Shown: positions 9,855-19,967 of the stretch, in pieces | How the letters are laid out: the number at the start of each line of letters is the position of its first letter | Position numbering within the stretch: the stretch's first letter is position 1 | Translations under genes and position numbers: made by a program | Notes under the pieces: generated by a model | The model's database searches: none | What the model was told of the DNA's origin: nothing | What the model saw: only the letters and a program-made list of their open reading frames with translations | Origin: Polyangiaceae bacterium | GTDB taxonomy: Bacteria; Myxococcota_A; Polyangia; Polyangiales; Polyangiaceae | Length of the DNA stretch: 64,000 bases | Assembly (NCBI GenBank): GCA_965222375.1 | Contig: CBDCTZ010000012.1 | Coordinates: 384,001 to 448,000, forward strand | Direction: 5' to 3'

Positions 9855-10860
9855 GCCACCACGGGTCGGCACGGCCCCCGTACCCTGCACCCTGCTGGGC
9901 GGATTCCTCGGGGCAGGAAAGACCTCGCTACTCAACCACATTCTGACCAGTGGCGAAGGAGAACGTATCGCCGTCGTCGTCAACGACTTCGGCGACGTGA
10001 GCATCGACGAGGCGTTGATCGCCGAGCGGGACGAGAGTCGGATCGTGCTGGACAATGGCTGCATCTGTTGCAGCGTGCGCGGGGATTTGATCGACGGTGT
10101 CCGAGATCTCTTGCTCACGGAGCCAGTCGTCGACCGGATCGTCGTGGAGATGAGCGGCATCGCAGAACCGGGCGCCGTGGTTCGAACCTTCCGCTTGATG
10201 GCGCAGCATTGGCCCCTGGAGTTGGACGGCGTGGTGGCCGTCGTAGACGCCGAGAACTTCCCTGAAGAGGGTGCGGAGCACTACGTGCTCGCTCGAGATC
10301 AACTAGCGTTGGCGGATCTGATCGTGCTGAACAAGATGGATCTCATCACCTCCGACGCCGCAGTACAGCTGGAAGGGTGCTTGCGCTCCTACGTACCCCA
10401 CGCTCGCCTTGTACGTGCCCAGCACGCAGAGGTTCCCTTGGCTGTCCTGCTCGGTATAGGCAGCCAGGGCGGGCTACCGCGGGAAGGGGCGAATCACGAG
10501 CACTCCGCCTATGCCACCCACACCACGCGGCTGTCACCACCACTGTCCTTGGAGCGCCTGCGAGAGGTGGCCACGGAGCTGCCCTCGAGCGTGTACCGGG
10601 CGAAAGGCTTCGTGCACTTGGCCGACAAGCCGGAGCACAAGCTGGTGTTACAGATCGTTGGCCGTCGCGCTGCCCTGTCCCTAGGCCCCGCCTGGGGGGA
10701 CGAAGAGAGGGGCACCACCATCGTGTTCGTGGGCAACCCCGAGATGGACGGTGCGGCCCTCGACACACTGATCGCCAGCGCCGTCGCCAAAGAGTGCGGA
10801 AAAGCGGCGCCCTTACTGGGCGCCGTGCATTGGCTCAGAACGCGCTTCAGTTCTCGATGA
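9847..10860 (+). CDS. COG0523/CobW-family G3E GTPase (putative metallochaperone)
   Basis: GFLGAGKT Walker A, NDFG, GCICC metal motif, EMSG, NKMD, CobW_C-like VYRAKGF. Confidence 0.92.
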   Translation: MTEPPRVGTAPVPCTLLGGFLGAGKTSLLNHILTSGEGERIAVVVNDFGDVSIDEALIAERDESRIVLDNGCICCSVRGDLIDGVRDLLLTEPVVDRIVVEMSGIAEPGAVVRTFRLMAQHWPLELDGVVAVVDAENFPEEGAEHYVLARDQLALADLIVLNKMDLITSDAAVQLEGCLRSYVPHARLVRAQHAEVPLAVLLGIGSQGGLPREGANHEHSAYATHTTRLSPPLSLERLREVATELPSSVYRAKGFVHLADKPEHKLVLQIVGRRAALSLGPAWGDEERGTTIVFVGNPEMDGAALDTLIASAVAKECGKAAPLLGAVHWLRTRFSSR

Positions 10861-13054
10861 AGCTCTTGAGTTGCTTGCTGCGGCTGGGGTGACGCAGCTT
10901 GCGGAGCGCCTTGGCCTCGATCTGCCGAATGCGCTCACGAGTGACCTCGAAGTCTTGACCCACCTCTTCCAAGGTGTGGTCGCTCTTCTCGCCGATGCCG
11001 AAGCGCATGCGCAGCACCTTTTCTTCGCGAGGTGTCAAGGTCTTGAGCACGCGGCGGGTCTGCTCCGAGAGGTTCATGCTGATGACGGCCTCTTGCGGCG
11101 ACACCACGCTCTTGTCCTCGATGAAGTCGCCCAAGTGACTGTCTTCTTCTTCGCCGATGGGCGTCTCCAAGCTGATGGGCTCCTTGGCGATCTTGAGTAC
11201 CTTGCGCACCTTATCCAGGGGCAGCTCCATCTTTTCGGCGATTTCTTCGGGCGTCGGTTCCCGGCCGAACTCCTGAACCAAGTAGCGAGAGGTGCGGATC
11301 AGCTTGTTGATAGTCTCGATCATGTGCACGGGAATGCGGATCGTGCGCGCCTGGTCCGCAATGGCCCGGGTGATCGCCTGTCGAATCCACCACGTAGCGT
11401 AGGTCGAGAACTTGTAGCCGCGCCGATACTCGAATTTGTCCACGGCTTTCATCAGACCGATGTTGCCTTCTTGGATCAGGTCCAAGAACTGTAGGCCGCG
11501 GTTGGTGTATTTCTTGGCGATCGAGACCACCAAGCGCAGATTGGCTTCCACCAGTTCTGCTTTGGCGATCTCTGCGCGGCGCTCACCGGCCATGATCTCG
11601 TTGTAAGTAGCCATGAGGCCGACAACGTCGATCTTCAGCTCCTCTTCGACCTTCTTCATGCCCTTCTGAGCGTTTTTCAGGGCTTCGTCGACTTCGGCTA
11701 GGTCCAGCTCACCGGGCTCCATGCCGAGGCGCTCGGCGAAGGTGGCGACCGCACTGGGGTCTTCCTTGGCCTCGCGTAGCATCTTTTTCAGTTCGCTCTT
11801 GGTCGCGCCAGCGGTGCGCTCGAACTCCAGGGCCTTGCCCTGAGCGCGCTGCACCTTCTCGATCATGCTCTTGAGCTTGCGGACGATCTTGTCGATCGTT
11901 TTCTTGTTCAGGCGCATCTCTTGAAGCGTCTCGACGAGTTGGACCTTATGTGCTTCGACGTCCTTGTCGATCGCTTTCTTGCGTACGTCGGCAGCAGACT
12001 TCCGCTCCTCGACGATGTCGTGGTTCTTCTTGTCGATGCGCTTTACGCGATCAATCAAGCGGATGATGCGGCGATCCGCCTCCTCCTCGTCGAACTCATG
12101 CTCCTCGTCTTCGGCGTCGCGCACGATGTCCTTGACGCGGATCTTGTGAGCGCGCAGGCGCTCGCCGATGTCGATGATCTCCCGCACTGCAACGGGGCTG
12201 TTTAGGATGGCCGCCAGAACTTCGTTTTCACCCTCTTCGATCCGCTTGGCGATTTCGACTTCGCCTTCCCGGGTGAGCAGCGCGACACTACCCATCTTCC
12301 GAAGGTACATGCGGACCGGGTCGTTGCTCTTGTAGTAGTCCTCCTCGGAAGCCTTGGCAGGCGTTGCCTGAGCCGGAGCGGGCGTGGCGGGCGCATCCGC
12401 GGCGCCATCGGTCTTGCCTTTGGCCTTGGCCGGCGCTTCTTTTGCGGGTGCTTTGGCATCAGCGGCTTCGTCGATCACCTCGATCTCTGCGCTGTCCAAC
12501 GCGGAGAGCACGTCGTCCATTTGTTCCGCACCGGTGTTGTCCCCGGGCAATGCTTCGTTGACGTCGTCGTAGGTCAAGAACCCCTTGGTCTTGCCCAAGC
12601 TGATCAAGTCTTCGACGCTACCTTTGCCGTTGGACTTGGACGTGCCCTTCTTGGCTTTGGACGCCTTGCCGTTGACGGCCTTCGCGGCGGCGGCAGGCTT
12701 GCCGTTGCTTCGGGCGGTTGTCTTCGTGGTCTTTGCCGCAGCCTTGGTTGCCTTTGTCGACGCCTTCTTGGGAGCGGGCTTGGTCGCCTTGGCCTTCGCG
12801 GCGGTCGCCGCTTTGGTCTTCTTCGCCTTGGCCTTCGCGGCGGTCGCCGCTTTGGTCTTCTTCACGGCGCTCTTGGTCGCCTTGGGCTTGGTCTTCGCGG
12901 CAGCCTTGGGCTTCGCTTTCGCCTTGGGCTTCGCTTTCGCCTTGGGCTTCGCTTTCGCGGTCGCCTTTGCTTTCGTCTTCGCTTTGGCTCGTCCGGCCCC
13001 CTTGCTACGCGTGGTGGTGTTCGTCCGCTTGGTAGACGCTTTTCGTGCTCCCAC
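10847..13054 (-). CDS. rpoD: Primary RNA polymerase sigma-70 factor with a Lys/Ala-rich N-terminal extension
   Basis: [37 protein letters not shown], region 4 [17 protein letters not shown]; downstream of dnaG; GTG at 13054 is preceded by AGAGG (the ORF track starts at 13093). Confidence 0.97.
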   Translation of the reverse strand: MGARKASTKRTNTTTRSKGAGRAKAKTKAKATAKAKPKAKAKPKAKAKPKAAAKTKPKATKSAVKKTKAATAAKAKAKKTKAATAAKAKATKPAPKKASTKATKAAAKTTKTTARSNGKPAAAAKAVNGKASKAKKGTSKSNGKGSVEDLISLGKTKGFLTYDDVNEALPGDNTGAEQMDDVLSALDSAEIEVIDEAADAKAPAKEAPAKAKGKTDGAADAPATPAPAQATPAKASEEDYYKSNDPVRMYLRKMGSVALLTREGEVEIAKRIEEGENEVLAAILNSPVAVREIIDIGERLRAHKIRVKDIVRDAEDEEHEFDEEEADRRIIRLIDRVKRIDKKNHDIVEERKSAADVRKKAIDKDVEAHKVQLVETLQEMRLNKKTIDKIVRKLKSMIEKVQRAQGKALEFERTAGATKSELKKMLREAKEDPSAVATFAERLGMEPGELDLAEVDEALKNAQKGMKKVEEELKIDVVGLMATYNEIMAGERRAEIAKAELVEANLRLVVSIAKKYTNRGLQFLDLIQEGNIGLMKAVDKFEYRRGYKFSTYATWWIRQAITRAIADQARTIRIPVHMIETINKLIRTSRYLVQEFGREPTPEEIAEKMELPLDKVRKVLKIAKEPISLETPIGEEEDSHLGDFIEDKSVVSPQEAVISMNLSEQTRRVLKTLTPREEKVLRMRFGIGEKSDHTLEEVGQDFEVTRERIRQIEAKALRKLRHPSRSKQLKSFIEN
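12786..12956 (-). repeat. Perfect coding tandem repeats in the rpoD 5' extension: 39 bp x2 (12786-12863) and 18 bp x3 (12903-12956)
   Basis: Units read directly: gccttggccttcgcggcggtcgccgctttggtcttcttc and gccttgggcttcgctttc. Confidence 0.9.
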
Positions 13055-13058
13055 TTTC

Positions 13059-14963
13059 TTACCTCTCTTCGAGCCCGTGACGCTCTCGCGCACGCCGCAT
13101 TTGTTCGCGCAAGAGCTGCATCTCTTGCTCGAAATCTCCGCTCTTCTGAGCGCGTTCTAACTCTTCCAACTCTTCAGTGTTCTGTCGCCTCAGCTCGAGG
13201 CGCTTCAACTTTTCCAAGTTCTCGATAAGCTCATTTCGGGCGTCTTCGAGCTGCTCGTGTTTGGGCGCAGCCAGCCTCGAAGCCGCGAATGGATGGATCG
13301 AAGGAGGCAGCTTCGCAAGCACAAGTTCAGGCTTTTCCAAGTTGCCCTCGTCGTGAGCTTGACGCAGTGCAGCAATTGCCGCTGCACTGTCCCCGTTCAG
13401 CCACTCCGCCCCGGCCACCGCTTCCTGTGTAGTCAACAGCGCGGGATAGTCCAAAAAAGCGCCAAGAATCGCCATTCCGAGGCCGTCCTGAGCGCTGCGT
13501 CGACGCGCCAGTTGGGGTCCGGTTGCCGCCTCCGAGCCCCCACCCGGGCGAGGGCGGAGTGCCCGCAGCACCTGGGAGCGGAGGGTGCGAAAAGTTCGCG
13601 CGTCGGCGATTCCGAGCCGGGAAGCGATGCGATCCGCGTGCTGCTCCGCCAGTGCACGGATGGCCGGGTCGGTGGTGGAGGAGAGGATTTCCACGACTTC
13701 CTTGATCTTGGCTGCCTGGGTTTGGGCGTCCCCGGCGGAAAAACCGCTATCGAGAGCGGTGTCAATGAGGTGCTCTACCAACCCTTGGGCTCCATGGACC
13801 AGTCTTCGGATGGACTCGGCGCCGTGCTCACGGACCAGGTCGTCGGGATCGGCGCCTGCGGGCAGGCTGGCGACCCGAGCCATCAATCCGGCGTCTTGGC
13901 AGGGCTCCCTCGCGGCAGTGACCGCTCGTCGGCCGGCGGCGTCTCCGTCGAAGAGCAGCACGACCGTTGGGACGTAGCGCTTGAGCTGTGCGGCTTGGTC
14001 AACGGTGAAGGCTGTACCAAGGGGAGCAACCACATTGCGGATCCCACGAGCGTGCAAACTCACCACGTCGAAGTTGCCTTCGACGACCAGGCTCTGGCCT
14101 TCGGTTCGGAGTGCTTGTCGCGCTTGGTACAATCCAAAAACGACTTCGCGCTTGCGGTAGATTGGGGACTCCGGCGAGTTGACGTACTTCGCGGGTGGAT
14201 CCGTGCGTGTCGTAGACAAGGCTTCCACACCGGCTTGTCGCAACTCCGCCTCGGTTGGATCATCCAAACAGCGTCCGGAGAAGCCGACGACGCGACCCGT
14301 GGCATCGATCACCGCGAACATCAGGCGGTGACGAAAACGATCGTAGTGACCACCCCCGCCCTTGCGGGGAACCAGCAAACCCACCGTTTCTGCCGCGCGG
14401 GGGTTGAGCTGGGTGTCCCGGAAGTGATCCGCAAGATTGCCCCATCCGTAAGGGGCGTAGCCGACTCGAAAGCTTTGCAGCGCATCGGCGATCGTGTCCG
14501 TCGCGGAGGTGCTGGTCAGGCCGCGACGCTCGAGTTCTTTGCGGGCGTGCTCGGCCAGCGGGTGCTCGAGCAGCATGCGCTCGAAGTAGGCGGCCGCAGC
14601 GTTAGACACGTCGTAGAGTTCTTCCCTCCGCCGCCGGGCTTCGGCGCGCTTGAGTTGGTCCGCCGCACTGGCGTTGTCTTCCACTTCGATGCCGGCGCGC
14701 TCCGCCAGGCGCCGCACAGCTTCGACGAATGACAGCCCCTCGGTCTCTGTCACGAACTTGAAGACGTCGCCGGACGCGCTGCACCCGAAGCAGTGATAGA
14801 AGCCGCGTTCTTCGTTGACGTGAAAGCTCGGAGTCTTCTCCTTATGAAATGGGCACAACCCCACGAAGCTACGTCCCCGCCGAACTAGCTTCACGGTTTC
14901 GCCTATCAGGGATGCGAGCCCTGTTTGGCGGCGAACCCGATCGATGGTTTCCTCTGCGATCAC
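13059..14963 (-). CDS. dnaG: DNA primase
   Basis: CHC2 zinc finger (CPFH...CFGC), [19 protein letters not shown] and DGDAAG; start GTG inferred. Confidence 0.97.
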   Translation of the reverse strand: MIAEETIDRVRRQTGLASLIGETVKLVRRGRSFVGLCPFHKEKTPSFHVNEERGFYHCFGCSASGDVFKFVTETEGLSFVEAVRRLAERAGIEVEDNASAADQLKRAEARRRREELYDVSNAAAAYFERMLLEHPLAEHARKELERRGLTSTSATDTIADALQSFRVGYAPYGWGNLADHFRDTQLNPRAAETVGLLVPRKGGGGHYDRFRHRLMFAVIDATGRVVGFSGRCLDDPTEAELRQAGVEALSTTRTDPPAKYVNSPESPIYRKREVVFGLYQARQALRTEGQSLVVEGNFDVVSLHARGIRNVVAPLGTAFTVDQAAQLKRYVPTVVLLFDGDAAGRRAVTAAREPCQDAGLMARVASLPAGADPDDLVREHGAESIRRLVHGAQGLVEHLIDTALDSGFSAGDAQTQAAKIKEVVEILSSTTDPAIRALAEQHADRIASRLGIADARTFRTLRSQVLRALRPRPGGGSEAATGPQLARRRSAQDGLGMAILGAFLDYPALLTTQEAVAGAEWLNGDSAAAIAALRQAHDEGNLEKPELVLAKLPPSIHPFAASRLAAPKHEQLEDARNELIENLEKLKRLELRRQNTEELEELERAQKSGDFEQEMQLLREQMRRARERHGLEER

Positions 14964-15164
14964 GAACGGTGAGGCATACTCCAAACTCACACAATGCCAA
15001 GGGACAGATCGGCTTGGGTCATACGCCGACGCTCAGCCCGCCGGTTGGCATCGGGCTTGCAGTCCCCGCCCGCCTGCGACCGAAACGGCATCCAACGGCG
15101 GTTTTTGCCTCCATCCTCCTTCGGCCTGGCAACGCCTCTTCGGCGTGGTACATGGCGCCGCGCC

Positions 15165-16526
15165 GTGCACGGAAAAATATGTGGGTCAGCCTTGGGTCTC
15201 GTCATTCTGGTGATTGGTTGCGGCGAGGACGCGAGCGGCGCCGGTAGCGGTGGCAGTGGTGCCACGGGCGGCAGCGCCGGAACCGGCGCCACGGCAGGGA
15301 GCAGTGGGAGCGCTGGAAGCGGAGGGAGTTCCGGCAGCGCTGGCTCCGGCGGCGTGGGCGCGAGTTCGGGCGCAGGCGGCAGCGCCGGAGCGCCTGGCCC
15401 AGAAGCGAAGTGGTTTCAGGACGTCCGCGACGGGGTGACTCCTGCGAGCGAAGGGCTGCTCAAGATCGCCCAGGCCGGCGGCTTTCCTCTTCCAACGTCC
15501 ACGGGATTCATCTTTGCGCGACTCGACGACGGCAAGGGCCCCTACTCCCTCGCGGGAGACTTCAACGCTTGGGCCCCGGCTGCGATGAAGTCGGAACAGG
15601 GCATGTATTGGATCGAAGTCGCGATTCCGGCTCCGGACGGCGCCAAGTACAAGTTCGTGGACGCTGCGAAAACTTTCGCGGCGGACCCGTACGCTCGCCG
15701 CTACGGCTGGGACCAGAACGGCCAGTACTCCCTGGTCCTTGCCAGCGCGCCGCATCGGGAGCGCTTCCCGCAAATGAGTGGTCAGGGCCGCCCCGCGCGC
15801 ATGGTGCGGGTGTGGATCGCTCAAGAAAAGCCCAGCCACCACCTCTACACCCACGACGGCCAGAACCTTTTCGAACCCACCGCCATCAACGGCGGCTGGA
15901 AACTCGATCAGACCGCAGCGTCGAAGACCCTAGTCATCGGCATTGACAACATCGGTGCTGGCCGAATCGATGAATACACCCACATCGCCGATGACGTGGG
16001 TGGCGGCAACATTGCAGGTGGGCAAGGCGACGCCTACGCCGACTTCGTCGAAAAAGTCGTGCGCCCCGCCGTGGAAAGCCGCTATGGCGCGCCGTCGAAA
16101 GTCGGCGTCATGGGTTCGTCCCTCGGCGGAGTGATCGCAATCCACCAAGTGTTGCGCCACCCAGGTCGATACGACTTCGCCGCCAGCCTCTCGGGTACTC
16201 TGGGCTGGGGCAGCCGCGGTACCCACAAAGAAACCCTGATCGAGCGCTTCGCCAAGGCCGGCAAACAGAGCACCAAGATCTACCTGGACTCCGGGGGCAC
16301 CGCAGGCAGCGGCTGCGTCGATAGCGATTCGGACGGCATTTTCGACGACACTCCGGGCGCCCTCGACAACTACTGCGAGACGATCCAAATGCGCGACACC
16401 TTCAGCGGAGCCGGCTACACCTTCGACACAGATCTGTGGCACTGGCACGAACCCGGCGCCCCGCACAGTGAGACCGCCTGGGCCGCCCGGGCGTTTCGCC
16501 CCCTGACCGCCTTCGAAGCCCTCTAG
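15165..16526 (+). CDS. Lipoprotein esterase (alpha/beta hydrolase) with a CBM48-like domain and Gly-rich linker
   Basis: Lipobox-like VIGC, LAGDFNAW and YKFVD, HDGQNLF, GSSLGG nucleophile elbow, HSETAW. Confidence 0.8.
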   Translation: MHGKICGSALGLVILVIGCGEDASGAGSGGSGATGGSAGTGATAGSSGSAGSGGSSGSAGSGGVGASSGAGGSAGAPGPEAKWFQDVRDGVTPASEGLLKIAQAGGFPLPTSTGFIFARLDDGKGPYSLAGDFNAWAPAAMKSEQGMYWIEVAIPAPDGAKYKFVDAAKTFAADPYARRYGWDQNGQYSLVLASAPHRERFPQMSGQGRPARMVRVWIAQEKPSHHLYTHDGQNLFEPTAINGGWKLDQTAASKTLVIGIDNIGAGRIDEYTHIADDVGGGNIAGGQGDAYADFVEKVVRPAVESRYGAPSKVGVMGSSLGGVIAIHQVLRHPGRYDFAASLSGTLGWGSRGTHKETLIERFAKAGKQSTKIYLDSGGTAGSGCVDSDSDGIFDDTPGALDNYCETIQMRDTFSGAGYTFDTDLWHWHEPGAPHSETAWAARAFRPLTAFEAL

Positions 16527-16693
16527 CTCGAGCGCTCGTTTCGCGGATCTTGAGTTGGGGGTTGCCCCCCACGCCCTTGCTCGGCTTCGCCTGCGCGGGG
16601 GCTTCCCCCCCAAATCGGCCGCTGCGCGGCCTCAGGGGGGAGTGCAGCCTGTTCGTCGGAAGATCTCGCCGTCGCCGAGCGTAATTGGCTGCG

Positions 16694-17089
16694 GTGAAGA
16701 CTCCCCTGCGACTCGCGATCGGCGCCCTCACGGTATTCCCGTTGGTCGCCATCTTCGGCATCGCCTTCTACGCGGCCTACGCCCTGATCACGAACGAACT
16801 CGCCACCCACGGTGCGCTGCGCGATCCTGTCAGCGCCCTGATCGACATGGACAAGGAGCTCTGGGCGATCATCGTCATCGGTGCCTTTTTCATTGCCATC
16901 TACGAACTCGTGCTCGGCTTCGCGTTCATCATCCACGCAGCAACCCGCTCCTACATGTCCGTGGGCGCCAAGATCGCCTGGTCCGCCGCCCTGTTCTTGA
17001 TCGGCTTCGTCGCCGCCCCTCTGTACTGGCTGGTGCACTTGGCTCGCGCTGCTCCCAGACCCTTGGCCGGGAGCTTCACTGGCGTCTAG
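16694..17089 (+). CDS. Small multi-TM membrane protein
   Basis: Three hydrophobic helices; coding-like codon usage. Confidence 0.7.
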   Translation: MKTPLRLAIGALTVFPLVAIFGIAFYAAYALITNELATHGALRDPVSALIDMDKELWAIIVIGAFFIAIYELVLGFAFIIHAATRSYMSVGAKIAWSAALFLIGFVAAPLYWLVHLARAAPRPLAGSFTGV

Positions 17090-17300
17090 GCGACCTCGAG
17101 GCGACGCAACTGTCCAGGCGGAGCGTGCGCGCAGGGACGGCGCGCCGGCCGCTGCCGCGCCATCCCGCGCGGGTTGAAAGCCGCGCAACTCGCGCCCGCT
17201 TTGACCGACACTGTGCCCCCCCACAAGTCGCGGGTGGGCTCTGTGAGGCGTTTCCGGGCGTGCCCAAGTCGAACTATGCTGCGCGCTTCGCCTCAGGCGC

Positions 17301-17933
17301 ATGCAAATGAATGACACGGAGACCTCGCCGGAACGGCCGCTGATGGAGCGGGTGGGACTCGCGTATTTTCGGAAGCGCAAGCTCACGCTGGGCAAAGTGC
17401 AAAGGGACGACGCCGTGCATGTGCTCAATGAAGGCGAGCTGCGCAAGTTGCGGCGCATCGAGCAGGGCGTCGTGATTCGGGCGGGGCTCGTCGGGGCGGG
17501 GTCGGCGCTGGTAACCGCGTTGGCTGAGCTCAGCGTACGGCCGCTGTTTGGAATCGACTCAGACAGCACCGCCGTCGGCGACTTGATTCGGTTTTGGGCT
17601 TGGGTCGGCGGCGTCACGCTGGTCGCGACCATCGGCGAGATTGGGTTCTTGTATTGGGACGCGTTGCGTTCGGTGCATGCGCTCTCGCGGGCAGCCGGCA
17701 TGAACTTGTTCGCAAGTGGCAGGGAGGAAGCGAGCGCAACGGCAATCTCCCTGGCTCGGGCCGCGTTGGAGCTGCCCAATCCGCCGAAGGGGCCTCACGC
17801 CATCGATCCCCATCGCGAGTCGCCGAGGTAGCTGCTGGTGCTGGCGGGATTGCTGTACAAGTTGAAGATCGGGCTGATGAGCTTGTGGATCAAGGCGCTG
17901 TTGCGCCGGATCTTGGGCCGGGCCGTGTTGAAT
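17301..17933 (+). pseudogene. Membrane-protein gene with an in-frame TAG (17829-17831), apparently truncated near 17930
   Basis: Frame continues past the TAG as LLVLAGLLYKLKIG...RRILGRAV, then loses coding character. Confidence 0.6.
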
Positions 17934-18010
17934 TGCTCCGTAGCCCACCGGCTCGCAGCGTCGCCCAGGCCGGTCTGGACGACATCGTCAAGCCCTTTCA
18001 GTGACAGCTG

Positions 18011-18049
18011 CACAACTACTTATATGCACTATGCATATAAGTAGTTGTG
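18011..18049. repeat. Perfect 18-bp inverted repeat with 3-nt spacer, AT-rich
   Basis: CACAACTACTTATATGCA-CTA-TGCATATAAGTAGTTGTG. Confidence 0.95.
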
Positions 18050-18096
18050 GCGTCACCGCTTGCAAAACGGAGTTCCTCTTTCGCTGCACCAATGCC

Positions 18097-19482
18097 TCAG
18101 TTCGGCGTGCATTGCAGAATGGCCCAACCGCCCATCGGGGTGCCACTGGGTGCGGCAGACTTGTTCAACCAAGCAACGGCAACCCGAGTGCGGGCAGCGG
18201 CTGCCGCCAGGTGGGTCCCATCAAAGCTCTCGAGAATTGATGCGTCGACATCGAGCGAGACGATGTCCGCGGGGGACTGAGCGACGTTGGAGTTGGCGCC
18301 TGTGTGTCGTTGGACCTTGATGCTCTTGTCTGCGCCCGTAACCAGGAGCAGGCTGTCGCCTAGCCTGGCAAGAGCTGCGCCTTGGATGGGCGAACTGCTG
18401 CTCAAGCTCCCGCTGGCGACCGTACTGACAGTGCTGCCCGAGAGGCGAGCAACTTTGAATTCAGCGCCGCCTGGCGTGGGGACCAAGGCCCCAACCTGAT
18501 CCCCCCAAGCGGTGGCTGCGGACCACTTGGCGCTTGGGAGCAGGACTTCGCCCTTCTTGTCGACCGAGTCCGACGCGTTGTCTCCGATCGAAACCACGAC
18601 GCCACCCTTGGTGGGCGCGTCGCTGATGAACGCCCGCAGCGAACTGCTGCTGACGACCCGGCCAGCGGGAAGCGGCTCGGGCCCAAGCGGATGGGTCACC
18701 GCGACGTTCTTGAACGCCGGGCCCTGCGCCGCGCCCGGGGGAGCAGAGATCACGACTCGCTGGAGATTTGCTTTGCTGCCGGTCTCCACGCGATAGAACA
18801 GCTCGTAGTCGGGCGCAGTAGTCCCGGTGGCGACTGCACCCGTTGGTGATGCCAGCTCCAGCTTCTCGAAAGCAAGATTCCTGGGTCCAGCTGGCGAACC
18901 TGCAAGCGCTGCGTCGGCATCAAAGGGAATGAGCAATACGCCGCCGCCGTCGCCACAGTTCGGCAGACTTGCGGCCAGCAAACCAGAAGGAGCTTGGTAG
19001 GCCGCGCCGAGTCCGTCCATCGCCGGCTGTCCCGCGCACGCCAGATTGTTCGCGGCGAGATCGACGGTGGCGTTTTCCGACGGCACCCCGCAATCCGTCA
19101 TGGCGTAGAGCCGAACGCTGCCGGAAGTAGAGTCGGTGGCCAGTTCTCGCAGGCCAAGCACGAAGCCTTGGTTGGTCGCAACCAGGGCAGGGCCACTCAC
19201 GACAGCTTCTCCGCCGGATGGCACCGGCAACGCGCCGGAGGCCAGCACCTTCAATGAGCAGCCCGTCACTCCGGGATCCGTCAAAGAGCATGCTCCAGCA
19301 TCGCCGCCGCTGCCCGCGCTACCTGCGCTGCCGCCCGCGCCCGCGCCCCCGCCAGCGCTACCCCCGCTGCCCGCCGCGCCGCCGCTACTCGGTGTCGCGT
19401 CTCTCTCCGTGGAACCGCAGGCGAGCAACGCCGCAGACGCGCACGCCACACTCACGATTCGCCCCAAGCGCGAAATGCCCAT
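18097..19482 (-). CDS. Lipoprotein with Gly-rich linker, unknown function
   Basis: Signal peptide ending LLAC, GGS linker, beta-rich body. Confidence 0.8.
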   Translation of the reverse strand: MGISRLGRIVSVACASAALLACGSTERDATPSSGGAAGSGGSAGGGAGAGGSAGSAGSGGDAGACSLTDPGVTGCSLKVLASGALPVPSGGEAVVSGPALVATNQGFVLGLRELATDSTSGSVRLYAMTDCGVPSENATVDLAANNLACAGQPAMDGLGAAYQAPSGLLAASLPNCGDGGGVLLIPFDADAALAGSPAGPRNLAFEKLELASPTGAVATGTTAPDYELFYRVETGSKANLQRVVISAPPGAAQGPAFKNVAVTHPLGPEPLPAGRVVSSSSLRAFISDAPTKGGVVVSIGDNASDSVDKKGEVLLPSAKWSAATAWGDQVGALVPTPGGAEFKVARLSGSTVSTVASGSLSSSSPIQGAALARLGDSLLLVTGADKSIKVQRHTGANSNVAQSPADIVSLDVDASILESFDGTHLAAAAARTRVAVAWLNKSAAPSGTPMGGWAILQCTPN

Positions 19483-19573
19483 GGGCCAGTTGTATCACGC
19501 GGGCGCTTGCGCAATTCAAGCGGCCGGCGTTGGCTGCTTCTAGAGGGCTAGTGGCACGTGGTACGCCACCCGA

Positions 19574-19904
19574 ATGCGCAGTGTCTCTCATGGCGTCCGC
19601 TTGGCGCTCATCCTCGCGCTCGCCATCAGCTGCGAAAAGCAGGAGGCCCCAAAGCTGACCGCGTCCGGCGGTGCGGTCGGCCCCAGCGGAAGCCCCACAA
19701 CTTCAGGGGTCCCGTCCGCGACTGCGAATGAGCGAGCAGTTCTTCCCCAAATCCCACGACGCTGACCTTGGCGAAGCCATCTGGTTCAAGCGCCGCTGCC
19801 AGGTCGTCGTGTCCGTCGTCGGTAAGGCGCAACAGTGGTCCAACAAGGCCAAAGCCAAGGCGCTGCTCGAGAAGCTACTCGCCCACAAGGCCGAGTCGGG
19901 CTAG
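19574..19904 (+). pseudogene. Probable frameshifted or internally deleted lipoprotein remnant
   Basis: Lipoprotein-type signal (…LAISC) in one frame; a plausible C-terminus in another frame. Confidence 0.4.
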
Positions 19905-19967
19905 CCGCGGCGCGGCAGTGCGCCCGCGCCGGGCCCCATTCACGTCGTCCGGCGCGCAGGCCTGGTG

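Noticed and set aside
18011..18049. Palindrome as dif, attC, intrinsic terminator or protelomerase site
   Set aside because: No XerD arm (TTATGTTAAAT); too short and too perfect for attC; no U-tract; 3-nt spacer and no protelomerase gene in the window
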